Source of the DNA: Heptranchias perlo
Lineage: Eukaryota
Assembly: GCF_035084215.1 (NCBI RefSeq)
Contig: NW_027139247.1
Coordinates: 496,001-529,794, forward strand
Direction: 5' to 3'
Length of the DNA: 33,794 nucleotides
The translations under genes and the position numbers were made by a program. Within the stretch, counting starts at the first letter, position 1. Every line of letters begins with the position of its first letter. Of the stretch, positions 1 through 9,683 are shown piece after piece. The notes below the pieces were generated by a model that saw nothing but the letters and a program-made list of their open reading frames with translations, did not search any database and was not told where the DNA came from.

Positions 1-545
1 TCAGACCACATCTGGAGATACTGTGTTCAGTTCTGGGAACCGCACCTCAGGAGGGATAGATTGGCCTTGGAGATTTAGCAGAATGATACTGGGGCTTAGA
101 GGGTTAAATTATGAGGACAGGTTGCATAGACGAGGCTTGTATTCCCTTGAGTGTAGAAGATTAAGGGGTGATCCAATTGAGGTGTTTGAGATGATTAAAG
201 GATTTGATAGGGGAGATAGAGAGAAACTATTTCCTCTGGTGGGGGGAGTCCAGAACAAGGGGACGTAACCTTAAAATTAGAGCTCGGCCGTTCAGGGGTG
301 ATGTCAGGAAACTCTTCCACACACAAAGGGGAGTGGAAATCTGGAACTCTCTCCCCCAAAAAGCTGTTGAGGCTGGGGGTCAATTGAAAATTTCAAAACT
401 GAGGTTGATGGATTTCTGTCAGGTAAGGGTATTAAGGGATACGGAATCAAGGCTGGTAGATGGAGTTAAGATATGCATCAAGCCATGATGTAATTGAATG
501 GCAGAACAGGCTCGAGGGGCTGAATGGCCTCCTGCTATACCTAGG
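1..545 (+). mobile_element. CR1-clade LINE, 3' fragment (ORF2 C-terminus + 3' UTR), decayed
   Basis: Translates piecewise as RPHL..CVQFW / GLRGLNYEDRL..GLYSLECRRLRGD.IEVF / SRTRG..LKIR..F..RG VEIWNSLP, the CR1 ORF2 tail. Ends in the CR1-type 3' UTR ...ggctcgaggggctgaatggcctcct. Frameshifted. Confidence 0.92.
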
Positions 546-548
546 TTC

Positions 549-1812
549 CGATGAGAGGCTTGAGTTATGAGAACAGACTGGGATTCTTTTCACTGGTACA
601 GAGATAAGAACATAAGAAACAGGAACAGGAGTAGGCCATCCGGCCCCTCGAGCCTGCTCCACCATTCAACAAGATCATGGCTGATCTCCTACCTCAACGC
701 CATTTTCCTGCACTATCCCCATATCCCTTGATGCCTTTAATATCTGGAAATCTATCGATCTCTGTTTTGAATGTATTCAATGACTGAGCCTCCACAGCCC
801 TCTGGGGTAGAGAATTCCAAAGATTCACCACCCTCTGAGTGAAGAAATTTCTCCTCATCTCAGTCCTAAATGACCTACCCCTTATTCTGAGACTGTGACC
901 CCTGGTCCTAGACGCCCCAGCCAAGGGAAACATCCTCCCTGCGTCTGCCCTGTCGAGCCCTGTAAGAATTTTGTATGTTTCAATGAGATCACCTCTCATT
1001 CTTCTAAACTCTAGAGAATACAGGCCTAGTCTACTCAATCCCTCCTCATACGACAATCCCGCCATCCCAGGAATCAGTCTGGTGAACCTTTGTTGCACTT
1101 CCTCTCAGGCAAGTATATCCTTTCTTAGGTAAGGAGACCAAAACTGCACACAATACTCCAGGTGTGGTCTCACCAAGGCCCTGTATAATTGCAGTAAGAC
1201 ATCTTTACTCCTGCACTCAAATCCTCTTGTAATAAAGGCCGACATACCATTTGCCTTCCTAATTGCTAATGGTCAAGGGGATCTGATAGAGGGGTCCAAA
1301 CTATCAGGGGTTTGGTAAAATAAAGAGAATAAACACTTTCCGTTGGTCAGTAAGTCGGAAACTAGAGGGCATAAATTTAAGGTCAAGAGCAAAGGGAGAG
1401 ATTAGGGGGAATTTTGTTAATGGAGAGGGATGTTCGGAGACGGAGGCTGGGATTTCCTGCTTCAATGCTCCAAGCGGACACCACTAGCCCACGTTGGAAA
1501 ATTCCTCAGCCGTGATTCTCCCACCATTCATTTTACTGGCTAGAAGTTCAGAGCTTGGTGAAGTGGCAGCTTCCGTTCGGAGCTCCCAGAAGTTCTGGAG
1601 CAGGAAAGCATTGGTCAGACTGCCCGACCAGAGGGGGGAGCAGGTCCCACAATAGCTGCTCAAAGGAAAGTGGATAAATATTTTTTTTAATTTTTCTTTT
1701 TAAAAGAGTCTGGGCAAAGGTCAGAAGAAAGTGGGTAGCGCTTTCAGAGAGCCAGCATAGCATGATGGGCCAAATGGCCTTCTTCTGTGCTGTACAATGT
1801 TATGTTCCTACG
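549..1812 (+). mobile_element. Older CR1 3' fragment split into three pieces (549-602, ~1268-1440, ~1735-1812) by later insertions
   Basis: 549-602 reads MRGLSYENRL.FFSL.QR. It resumes at ~1270 with ggggatctgatagag (RGDLIE-like) and actagagggcataaatttaaggt (TRGHKFK). The 3' UTR gatgggccaaatggccttcttctgtgctgta..ttatgttc lies at ~1763-1810. Confidence 0.7.
604..1267 (-). mobile_element. CR1-clade LINE, 5'-truncated copy with intact 3' end
   Basis: ORF 694-1098(-) reads QRFTRLIPGMAGLSYEEGLSRLGLYSLEFRRMRGDLIETYKIL...WNSLPQRAVEA. The 3' terminal repeat (TTATGTTC-like; + strand ataagaacataagaa) is at 604-618. Confidence 0.95.
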
Positions 1813-2614
1813 ATTCCTACTGTTAACAAGATGGCTCCTGGGCTGGCTGCTCCCTCGGGAGCTCCTTTGCTGGACAATCCAATCCTTGGTCATCCATTGC
1901 CATCCTTTGCCCTTTCTCCCCCAATCTCCTCTCTTCCACTGTTTAAGTTCCCTGGCTCTAATAGTGGGTGCATTTTACCCCTACCCACAAGTTCAAGCTG
2001 CAAGTTTAAACTTACCTGGGCCCACTGCCCATTCCCCGACCGGGCCTGCTCTTTGTTTACATCAGTGAAAACTGGATCTTTGCTCAAATTTGGCTTCTAA
2101 ATTCCTTGACTTCTCAACACTACGCGACTCCACTGGAAGACTCAGCTGCTTAAGAGTTAAGGTAACTTTGTCCAGCCCACAGCCCATCCCCCAGCTATTA
2201 CCTGCTGAGTTTATGACTGTACTACTGGTTTTTCAGCTTTATTTTTCTACAGTCTGGTTCCTGGCCAGAAATTCACTCCCCTGGGCCGAAGTCCATTCCT
2301 CCGCTGCTTCTAGATCTTACAGTGACCTCCATCTTCACCATTGTTCTTCTGCTCTGCGATCGATTCTCCAAACCTCCTGACTCTTCATCCCCACGGAAAT
2401 CCCCCCCAGCAGTGCGTCCTCCGATAATCTACCCTTCAAATAGCTTCTGGACTCACTCACCCTCCACACCCTGTCACCGAACCTGGACATCAGTTGGTTG
2501 ATGCTCCAAGCTGACTCCACCCTATCTACATCAACTTTATCCCACCACAGGACCTCTGACTTTAACTGTGGACTCCCTCCTATTGTCTCCTCTCTGTTCC
2601 CCGTTTAGTAACAG

Positions 2615-2718
2615 GTCACATGGTTCGCCCTATTTATACCCTGCCCGATTTTACGCTCCATTGAAGTTGAACCAAATCCATCCCATTCCCTCTGGACAGG
2701 TTAGGTTAAAATCGAGGC
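2615..2718. mobile_element. Possible MITE-like non-autonomous element remnant
   Basis: Ends in ggttaaaatcgagg, similar to the terminal motif ggttaaaatcgacccc at 6268-6283 and its reverse complement ggtcgattttcacc at ~8928. Contains an internal cccgatttta. Confidence 0.4.
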
Positions 2719-2826
2719 TTTAGCATGAGGAAGATATCATCCTGACGTCTGTCCCAAGTCGCCTTTTACTAGTTTGAACCTAAGTCGTACTCCCACAATT
2801 TAGTGTGAAGTATTGTAAAAAAAAAA

Positions 2827-3225
2827 CGGATGAGGTCCTGCAAGCAGAATATAGGGAGATAGGAAATAAATTAAAAAGCAGGACCTCTAAAGTAGTAATC
2901 TCAGGATTACTCCCAGTGCCACATGCCAGCGAGAGCAGAAAATAGGAGAATAGACCAGATGAATGCGTGGCTTGAGAGATGGTGTAGGAGGGAGGGGTTT
3001 AAATTCCTGAGGCATTGAGACCGATTCTGGGAAAGGCGGGACCTGTACAAGATGAAAGGATTGCACCCAAGCAGAACCAGGACCAGTATCCTCGTGGGGA
3101 CATTTGCGAGTTGTGTTGGGGAGGGTTTAAACTAGTATGGTGGGGGATGGGAACCAAAGGGCAGGTACAGATAGGACAAATTCAGACCAGGAAACGCAAA
3201 GTAGAAAAGCAGTTAGTGACGTAGT
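2827..3225 (+). pseudogene. CR1 ORF1 C-terminal SGNH/esterase-like domain remnant
   Basis: Manual translation: DEVLQAEYREIGNKLKSRTSKVVISGLLPVPHASESRNRRIDQMNAWLERWCRREGFKFLRH*DRFWERRDLYKMKGLHP. This resembles the esterase-type ORF1 of CR1 elements. Premature TGA at 3016-3018. Confidence 0.8.
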
Positions 3226-3279
3226 TAGCGACTCAGAAATGCAAAAAAGCAAAGGTTAAATAGTGTTCAGCGCAGGAAT

Positions 3280-6087
3280 TTGACGGGGTTAAAGGGTATA
3301 TACTTCAATGCAAGGAGTATTACAAACAAAGCAGATGAGCTAAGGGCACAGATAGACACGTGGCAGCATGATATCATTGCTATAATGGAAACCTGGCTTA
3401 AAGAGGGGGATAACTGGCAGCTCAATATCCCTGGATATAGAGTGTTCAAGCAGGATAGAGTGGGTGATATAAAAGGAGGGGGGTAGCATTATTGGTTAAA
3501 TAATCAATTAGAGTTGTGAGAAGGGATGATGTGCTAAATGGATCATCAATCGAGGCCGTATGGGTTGAGCTAAGGAATAAAAAAGGGGCAGTCACACTAC
3601 TAGGAGTGTACTCTAGACCCCCGAATAGCGAAAGGGAGATAGAAGAACAAATATGTAGGCAAATTTCTGAGTGCAAAAATAAGAGGGCAATAATAGTAGG
3701 GGACTTCAACCACCCTAACATCAACTGGGATTCAAACAGTGTGAGGGGCACAGAGGGCGCAAAATTCTTGATTGGTGTCCAGGAGAACTTTTTTAGCCAG
3801 TACATGACAAGCCCAACAAGAGGGGATGCAATTCTAGATTTAGTCCTGGGAAATGAAGATGGGCAAGTGGGTGAAGTGACAGTGGGTGACCATAATGGGG
3901 ATAGTGACCACAATTCAGTTAGTTTTAGCATTATTATGGAAAAGGACAGTGTTAAATCAGGAGTAAATGTTTTAAATTGGGGGAAGGCAAATTTTACAGA
4001 ACTTAGAGGTGATTTGGCAGAAGTGGACTGGACACAACTCCTTGAGGAGAAATCAGTGGCAAGCCAGTGGGAGGCACTAAAAAGTGAAATTCTACGGGTA
4101 CAATGCAGACACGTCCCCTCAAAGAAAAAGGGTGGCACTGCCAAATTTAGAGCCCCCTGGTTGTCTAGAAGTATACGGGGCAAGATAAAGCAGAAAAAGA
4201 AAGCTTATGACTGTCACAGAAAACTAAATACTGCTGAAAGCCTGGAGGAGTATAGAAAGTACAGGGATGACGTAAAAAAGGAAATAAGGAAAGCAAAGAG
4301 CAGGCATGAAGAAATATTAACGAGTAAGATTAAAGAAAACCCAAAGATGTTTTATCAGTACATTAAGAACAAGAGGATAGCTGAGGAAAAGGTGGGACCT
4401 ATCAGGGATGATAAGGGTAACTTGTGTGTAGAAGCAGAGAATGTGGGTAGGGTTTTAAATGAATATTTTGTCTTCGTATTCATAAGGGAAAGGGATGATC
4501 TGGACGTAGTCGTTAAAGAGGAGAGGTGTGAAATATTGGATAAAATAAACATAACGAGAGAGGAAGTACTAGAGGGACTGGAATCCTTGAAAGTTGATAA
4601 GTCACCAGAACCGGATGGATTGTTTCCTAGGCTATTGAAGGAAGCCAGGGAGGAAATAGCGGATGCTCTGAGGATAATTTTCCAATCCTCACCAGATACA
4701 GGGGAGGTACCGGAGGACTGGAAGACAGCAAACGTAGTACCGTTGTTTAAAAAGGGTACGAGGGAAAGGCCGAACAATTATAGGCCGGTCAGTCTTACCT
4801 CGGTGGTGGGCAAACTATTAGAATCAATACTGAGAGATAGGATAAACTGTCACTTGGAAAGGCATGGTTTAATCAGGGATAGTCAGCATGGATTTGTTCA
4901 GGGAAGGTCATGCCTTACAAATCTGATTAAACTCTTTGAGGAAGTGACAAGGAGGATTGATGAGGGGAGTGCAATGGATCCTGTCTACATGGATTTTAGT
5001 CAGGCATTTGACAAGGTCCCACATGGCAGACTGGTCAGAAAGGTAAAAGCCCATGGGATACAGGGAAATGTGGTGAATTGGATCCAAAATTGGCTCAGTA
5101 ACAGGAAACAAATGGTAAAAGTCGATGGATGTCTTTGAGAATGGAAATCCGTTTCCAGTGGTGTGTCACAAGGCTCAGTGTTGGGTCCCTTGCTGTTTGT
5201 GGTATATATTAATGATTTGGACTTGAATGTAGGGGGCATGATTGGCAAATTTATAGACGACAAAAATTGGCCGTGCAGTTGATAGTGAAGAGGATAGCTG
5301 TAGACTCCAAGAAGATATCAATGGGTTGGTGGAGTGGGCGGAAAAGTGGCAAATGGAGTTCAACCTGGAGAAGCGTGAGGTAATGCACTTAGGGAGGGCA
5401 AACAGTAAAAGGGAATACGCAGTAAATGGGAATATATTGAGAGAGGTAGAGGAAGTGAGAGACCTTGGAGTGCATGTGCACAGGTCCCTGAAGGTGGCAG
5501 TACAGGTAGATAAGGTTGTGAAGAAGGCATACGGAATGCCCACCGTTATTAGCAGAGGCATAGAATAATAAATCAGGGATGTAATGATGGAACTGTATAA
5601 AATGCTGGTCAGGCCACAGCTGGAGTATTGTGCGCAGTTCTGGTCACCACATTACAGGAAGGACGTAATTGCTCTGGAGAGAGTGCAGAGAAGATTTACA
5701 AGAATGTTGCCAGGGCTTGAAAATTGCAGCTCGGAGGAGAGATTGGATAGGCTGGGGTTGTTTTCCTTGGAGCAGAGGAGGCTGAGGGGAGACTTGATTG
5801 AGGTGTACAAAATTATGAGGGGCCCAGATAGAGTAGACAGGAAATACCTGTTTCCCCTAGTGGAGAGTTCAAGAACTAGAGGACATAGCTTTAAGCTGAT
5901 TGGCGGAAGGATTAGAGGGGACATGAGGAAAAACTCTTTTACCCAGAGGGCGGTGGGTGTATGGAATTCGCTGCCCGAATTGGTGGTAGAGGCAGGGACC
6001 CTCAACTCTGTTAAAAAGTACCTGGACCTGCATCTAAAGTGCTGTAAGCTGCAGGGCTACGGACCGGGTGCTGGAAGGTGGGATTAG
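3280..6087 (+). pseudogene. CR1 ORF2 (APE endonuclease + reverse transcriptase), disrupted
   Basis: APE motifs NARSI..K, ETWL, GDFNHP, LDLVL, SDHN. RT motifs K(S)PEPDG, NYRPVSLTSVVGKLLE, QHGF, DFSQAFDKVPH, GVSQGSVLGP. Lesions: frameshift ~3470-3485, TAA 3501, TGA 5136, catalytic FADD changed to FIDD with frameshift at ~5250-5262, TAA 5566. Confidence 0.95.
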
Positions 6088-6175
6088 AATGGGCACCTGG
6101 TTGTTCTTCGAGCCGGCACGGACACGATGGGCCGAATAGCCCCCTTCTGTGCTGTATCTTTTCTATGGTTCCATG

Positions 6176-6284
6176 CCGTTAAAACCGGAAGTGGTCGGTT
6201 TGAAGGCGGGTTTTAGATTTTTACAATTTTTACCTTCCCACCTGCACCCAAACCCACCCGTTCATGGGGTTAAAATCGACCCCT
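6176..6284. mobile_element. Right half of a MITE-like element
   Basis: Terminal motif ggggttaaaatcgacccc, shared with the 2615-2718 and 8926-9135 remnants. Confidence 0.45.
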
Positions 6285-6719
6285 TAGAGTTCACCTTGGC
6301 CTTGACGTGCTCAGAGACTACAATAAACAGGCAGTGTTTGCCCAGAAATAAATGTCAGTCATGGACACGGATTAACCAGGAGAGAAGCTGCTGTAACAGT
6401 AACTTAATCTCTTGCGCTTTTCAACACCACTCGAGTCTGAAGCTACTTGTTGGTGCTTGTGTGCAGCAGGTCTGATAACCAGATCCAGTTAGAATGGAGG
6501 GACTTGTTCTGGTCACTGGGTCCCAGGGAGTGGAGTCTGAGCCTGCATCTTACAGCAGGGGTTCACACTGAGGCCCAGCCCAGTATTAACACCGAACCAT
6601 CGCATCTGTTTACACCCCCTGTATTTCAATGGTCTATTCCAGACTCCCACTTTCACCCCTCCCATTCTCTTCCCAATGCACCGACTCTCACTGGCAATGG
6701 GACCACAAAGAAAAGAGAG

Positions 6720-6886
6720 ACTCACATTCCTATTGTGATTTCACCACCTCAGGACCTCCCAAAGAGTTTTACAGACAGTGAAGTATTAGTGAAGTGTAGT
6801 CACTGTTTTAATGTAGGAAACACGGCAGCCAATTTGCGCACAGCAAGATCCCACCAATAGCAACGAGTTAATGGCCAGATAATCTC
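6720..6886 (-). mobile_element. Deu-domain SINE fragment (SacSINE1/AmnSINE1-like); duplicate at ~10034-10200
   Basis: Reverse strand reads gtgggatcttgctgtgcgcaaattggctgccgtgtttcctacatt..acagtgactacacttca, which I recognise from memory as the DeuSINE core/3' region. Confidence 0.75.
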
Positions 6887-6891
6887 CCGAC

Positions 6892-7322
6892 TCGCTCTCC
6901 CTCCCCGTCCCCTCCTCCTCCTCTCCCTCCCACCATCCCTCTCTCCCTGTCCCACCCTCTCACTCCCATCTCCCTCTCCCTCCCCCTCCTCATCTCCCTT
7001 CTTGTCCTCTTCCACTCCCCATCTCCTTTCCCTTCCTCTCCCTCTCTTCATCCAATTCCCCCCTCCCTCCTCATATCCCCTCCTTCCCCCTCTCCCTGCA
7101 CAATTCCACCCAATCCTCCACCTCTCTTTCTCCTTCTCCATCCCCGTCCCCTCTCCCTCCCCATCCCTTTCCCTCCCATCTCCCTACCCCTCACTATCTC
7201 CCACTCCCATCTCCTCCCCCTCCCTCTCTCCATCTCCCTCCCCCTCTCCTTCTCCCTCCCGCTCTCCCACATCCTATCCCTCTGCCTCCCCCACGCTCTC
7301 TCCCTCCCTTTCCCCCTCCCCG
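6892..7322. repeat. Polypyrimidine (CT-rich) low-complexity tract; duplicate at ~10205-10637
   Basis: ~430 nt almost entirely C/T on the + strand (ctctccc/ctcccc units). Confidence 0.95.
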
Positions 7323-7814
7323 TCAGTTTGAGCATAACGTCCACTGACTGGATTTGGTGACATTGTTCAATGCTCTGTTATCCTCATGGATTGCTGTTCT
7401 GAGGAGCCTCATGTTAAGCGCGACTCGAAGACGGTGCATTGAAAATTAACATAAAAATCTGTCTGTGAATTTGCTTCGATGCCAATTTATTCTAATTCAC
7501 CCAGATCAACATCACTGTGAGTATTTTTTCCTCGAGCACCAGTTGATTAATGAAGAGTCAGCAGCTCATTCTCCCCACAATCGGACACACAGAGTTCACT
7601 TTGGCCTTGACCCGCTCAGAGACTATAATAAACGGGCAGTGTTTGCTCAGAAATAAAAGTCAGTCGTGGGCCTGAGCAACACATCGGACATCGGACAGTC
7701 CAAAGTCCATTGTGTTGCTGTGAGGTGAAGGTGGGAACGGGGGGGCAGGCTTCGAATCTGCTTCGATTTCAGTGTCACCCTGCTGAAGCAGCACAAGAAG
7801 GTTCGGAAAGAACA

Positions 7815-7922
7815 AAAGATCTTTTTATACATCACCTTTCACAACCTCAGGATGTCCCAAAGTGCTTCACAGAAAGTGAAGTAATGTGAAAGTGTCATCA
7901 CTGTTGTAATGTCGGAAACGCC
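7815..7922 (-). mobile_element. Deu-domain SINE 3' fragment; duplicate at ~11129-11236
   Basis: cctttcacaacctcaggatgtcccaaagtgcttcacag..gaagta..cactgttgtaatgtcggaaacg; same family as 6720-6886. Confidence 0.7.
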
Positions 7923-7944
7923 ATTCATTATGAGAAGTACTTTC

Positions 7945-8398
7945 ATACCGGGGGCTGAAAGGGTTAAATTATGAGGACAGGTTGCACAGACCAGGCTTGT
8001 ATTCCCTTGAGTGCAGAATATTAACGGGTGCTGTAATTAAGATCATTGAAGGATTTGATAGGGTAGATAGAGAGAAACTATTTCCTCCGGTGGGAGAGTC
8101 CAGAACAAGGGGGCGTCACCTTAAAATTAGAGCCAGGCCGTTCAGGGGTGATGTCAGGAAGCATTTCTTCACACAAAGGGGAGTGGAAATCTGGAACTCT
8201 CTTTCCCCAAAATGCTGTTGAGGCTGGGGGTCAATTGAAAATTTCACAACTGAGATTGATCGATTTTTGTTAGGCAAGGTTATTATGGGATATGGCACCA
8301 AGGCGGGTGGGTGGAGTTAAGAAACAGGTCGGCCATGATCTAATTGAATGGCGGAACAGGCTTGAGGGGCTGAATGGCCTCCTCCTGTTCCCATGTTC
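7945..8398 (+). mobile_element. CR1 3' fragment (same subfamily as 1-545); duplicate at ~11259-11705
   Basis: GLYSLECR...GFDRVDREKLFP.VGESRTRG.HLKIRARPFRGDVRKHFFTQRGVEIWNSL plus 3' UTR aatggcctcctcctgttcc. Confidence 0.92.
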
Positions 8399-8419
8399 CG
8401 ATGAGATGCTTTGACTGTG

Positions 8420-8870
8420 TGCAGCAGCTTACATTACTACAGCAGCCCTCGTGTACAGGGAGACGCCTCAGAGCACAAAGCAGGAGGGAGGAGCCCAAAG
8501 AGAGGATTTAAGAGGAGCCAGAATCACACTCAGGAGTTGATTCAGGAACAGTGGAGAGGCCGGGAAGGGACAAGGCAGGAATCCTGAGGGAGATTGCTGG
8601 AGAGGGCAGGGACAGGAGAGACTGAAGGATCGGCTCTCAGTGGTGGAACAGAGGCGGTGGAGAAGGAGAGGTTAGGCCGGTGTGGGAGGAGCGGAGGGGG
8701 CATGTGGGGGCATGAGATTGGGGGAGATTGCAGAGGTGGGAAGGGAGGAGGACAGAGAGGGCTTTAAAGGTGAAGAAATGAACCTTCGAGTCAATTCTGT
8801 GGAGTTGGAGGAGCCGATGGGGTTTTGGCTTGAACAAGGGATGGGGGTGAGAGGGAGGAGGCAGAACACA
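8420..8870 (-). mobile_element. Old, diverged L2-clade LINE 3' fragment
   Basis: ORF 8637-8885(-) contains HRIDSKVHFFTFKALSVLLPSHLCNL..P.CPLRSSHTGL, resembling the L2 ORF2 tail (RIDFKI...FKAL..LAP.YL..LL.....LRSS..GLL) seen better at 12805-13100. Confidence 0.65.
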
Positions 8871-8925
8871 TCGATCAGAACACAATCTCTGAAAGGTTCA
8901 CACGTGTCTGTGGTCCAGTAATATT

Positions 8926-9135
8926 GAGGTCGATTTTCACCTTTACCACCTGGGTGTTCAGCATCAACTGGGCGGGGCAGAAAGAGAGCAAAATCTGGAG
9001 AGGAGGATCACACGGCAGGAACAGAACCTGGAGCATTTTCCATCTATTGAAATCCCCCCCCGCCCGGCCAGATTTCCGTTCTGAACTCAGCCCAGGTGAT
9101 GCCTAATGTCTCGGAGCTAAAACCACAATCTAGCC
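8926..9135. mobile_element. Possible MITE-like element
   Basis: Begins gaggtcgattttcacc (reverse complement of the 6268-6283 motif). Contains internal inverted pieces gggcggggcag..aaatctgg / cccgcccggccagattt. Confidence 0.4.
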
Positions 9136-9189
9136 CGTTATGTGAAAGGGGATAATGGAATCCTCCTTCAAACACCATCCGAGGGAAAG

Positions 9190-9303
9190 GGTTTTCCTTC
9201 CCTCCCCTTCCATTCCCTTTCCCTTCCTTTCCGATTCCTTCCCTTCCCTTTCCCTTCCTTTTCTTTCCTGTCCCTTCCCATTCCCTCCATCCCCTTCCCT
9301 TCC
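9190..9303. repeat. (TTCCC)n-like degenerate microsatellite
   Basis: ttccttccctccccttccattcccttt cccttcc... pyrimidine pentamer repeats. Confidence 0.9.
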
Positions 9304-9608
9304 ACTGCTTCCAAGGTACAGCTCTAATACCTCACCCCCCAAATGGCTGTTATTTGTCTGTGAGCCTTGACAATAATTGAAGAAAAGTGCCTCGAACAAA
9401 CACTTTGCAAACAGATCAGTGACACAACCTCTCCCAGTGACCCCTCCCCAGAACAGGGATCATCCTTAACCTGAATCGCTCACACACCCAAGGCAATGAG
9501 ATAGTCCAAACCCAGGGGCCGCTCGAGAGCATCTTGTGATGAAGATGGGTTCAATCTCGGTGTCCCCTCAAATACTGTCCACAGATAGAAGCTGTTTGAT
9601 TTGCTTAC

Positions 9609-9660
9609 CAGAGGAGACGTTGGGCACACAGTAAACGTTCAGTAAAGTAACAAGCAGCAT
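9609..9660 (-). CDS. Putative first coding exon encoding a signal peptide (MLLVTLLNVYCVPNVSS+G), phase-1 intron follows; downstream exons not identified in window
   Basis: Minus strand reads acaacATG CTG CTT GTT ACT TTA CTG AAC GTT TAC TGT GTG CCC AAC GTC TCC TCT G|gtaagc. It has a purine at -3, a hydrophobic core, small residues at the end (V-S-S), a strong donor, 52-nt length, and lies in non-repeat sequence. Confidence 0.6.
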
Positions 9661-9683
9661 GTTGTAAAGTCACCCGAGGCGCT

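Larger units (their letters stand above)
2822..6175 (+). mobile_element. CR1 LINE, long 5'-truncated copy (3' part of ORF1, all of ORF2, 3' UTR); inactivated
   Basis: ORF1 esterase remnant, then ORF2 APE and RT motifs, then 3' UTR gatgggccgaatagcccccttctgtgctgta..ttctatggttccatg. No clear target-site duplication seen. Confidence 0.97.
6370..8603 (+). repeat. Segmental direct duplication, copy 1 (~2.2 kb)
   Basis: Starts gattaaccaggagagaagctgctg, identical to 9684. ORF-track pairs 6513/9827, 7465/10779 and 7982/11296 all differ by 3314. Homology ends at atcctgagggagattgctggaga. Confidence 0.97.

Noticed and set aside
2010-2145. Minus-strand CAG|GTAAGT donor at ~2016 as the leader's second exon
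   Set aside because: All three frames from the nearest plausible acceptor contain stops.
2253-2500. Strong + strand acceptor followed by a frame with a hydrophobic stretch (IPPLLLDLTVTSIFTIVLLLC)
   Set aside because: No recognisable homology, CT-rich composition inflates hydrophobic codons, and no linked exons are supported.
3516-5138. 540-aa ORF as an active or domesticated reverse transcriptase
   Set aside because: It is the uninterrupted middle of a CR1 ORF2 with stops and frameshifts on both sides and a damaged catalytic motif (FIDD plus frameshift).
6800-7344. Pro/Ser-rich and Gly/Arg/Glu-rich ORFs (also 9130-9399 and 10182-10674)
   Set aside because: They are translations of low-complexity CT tracts.
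7481-7519. RSS heptamer CACTGTG (V(D)J signal)
   Set aside because: No GGTTTTTGT-like nonamer at 12- or 23-bp spacing and no J-segment (FGxG/WGxG) downstream.
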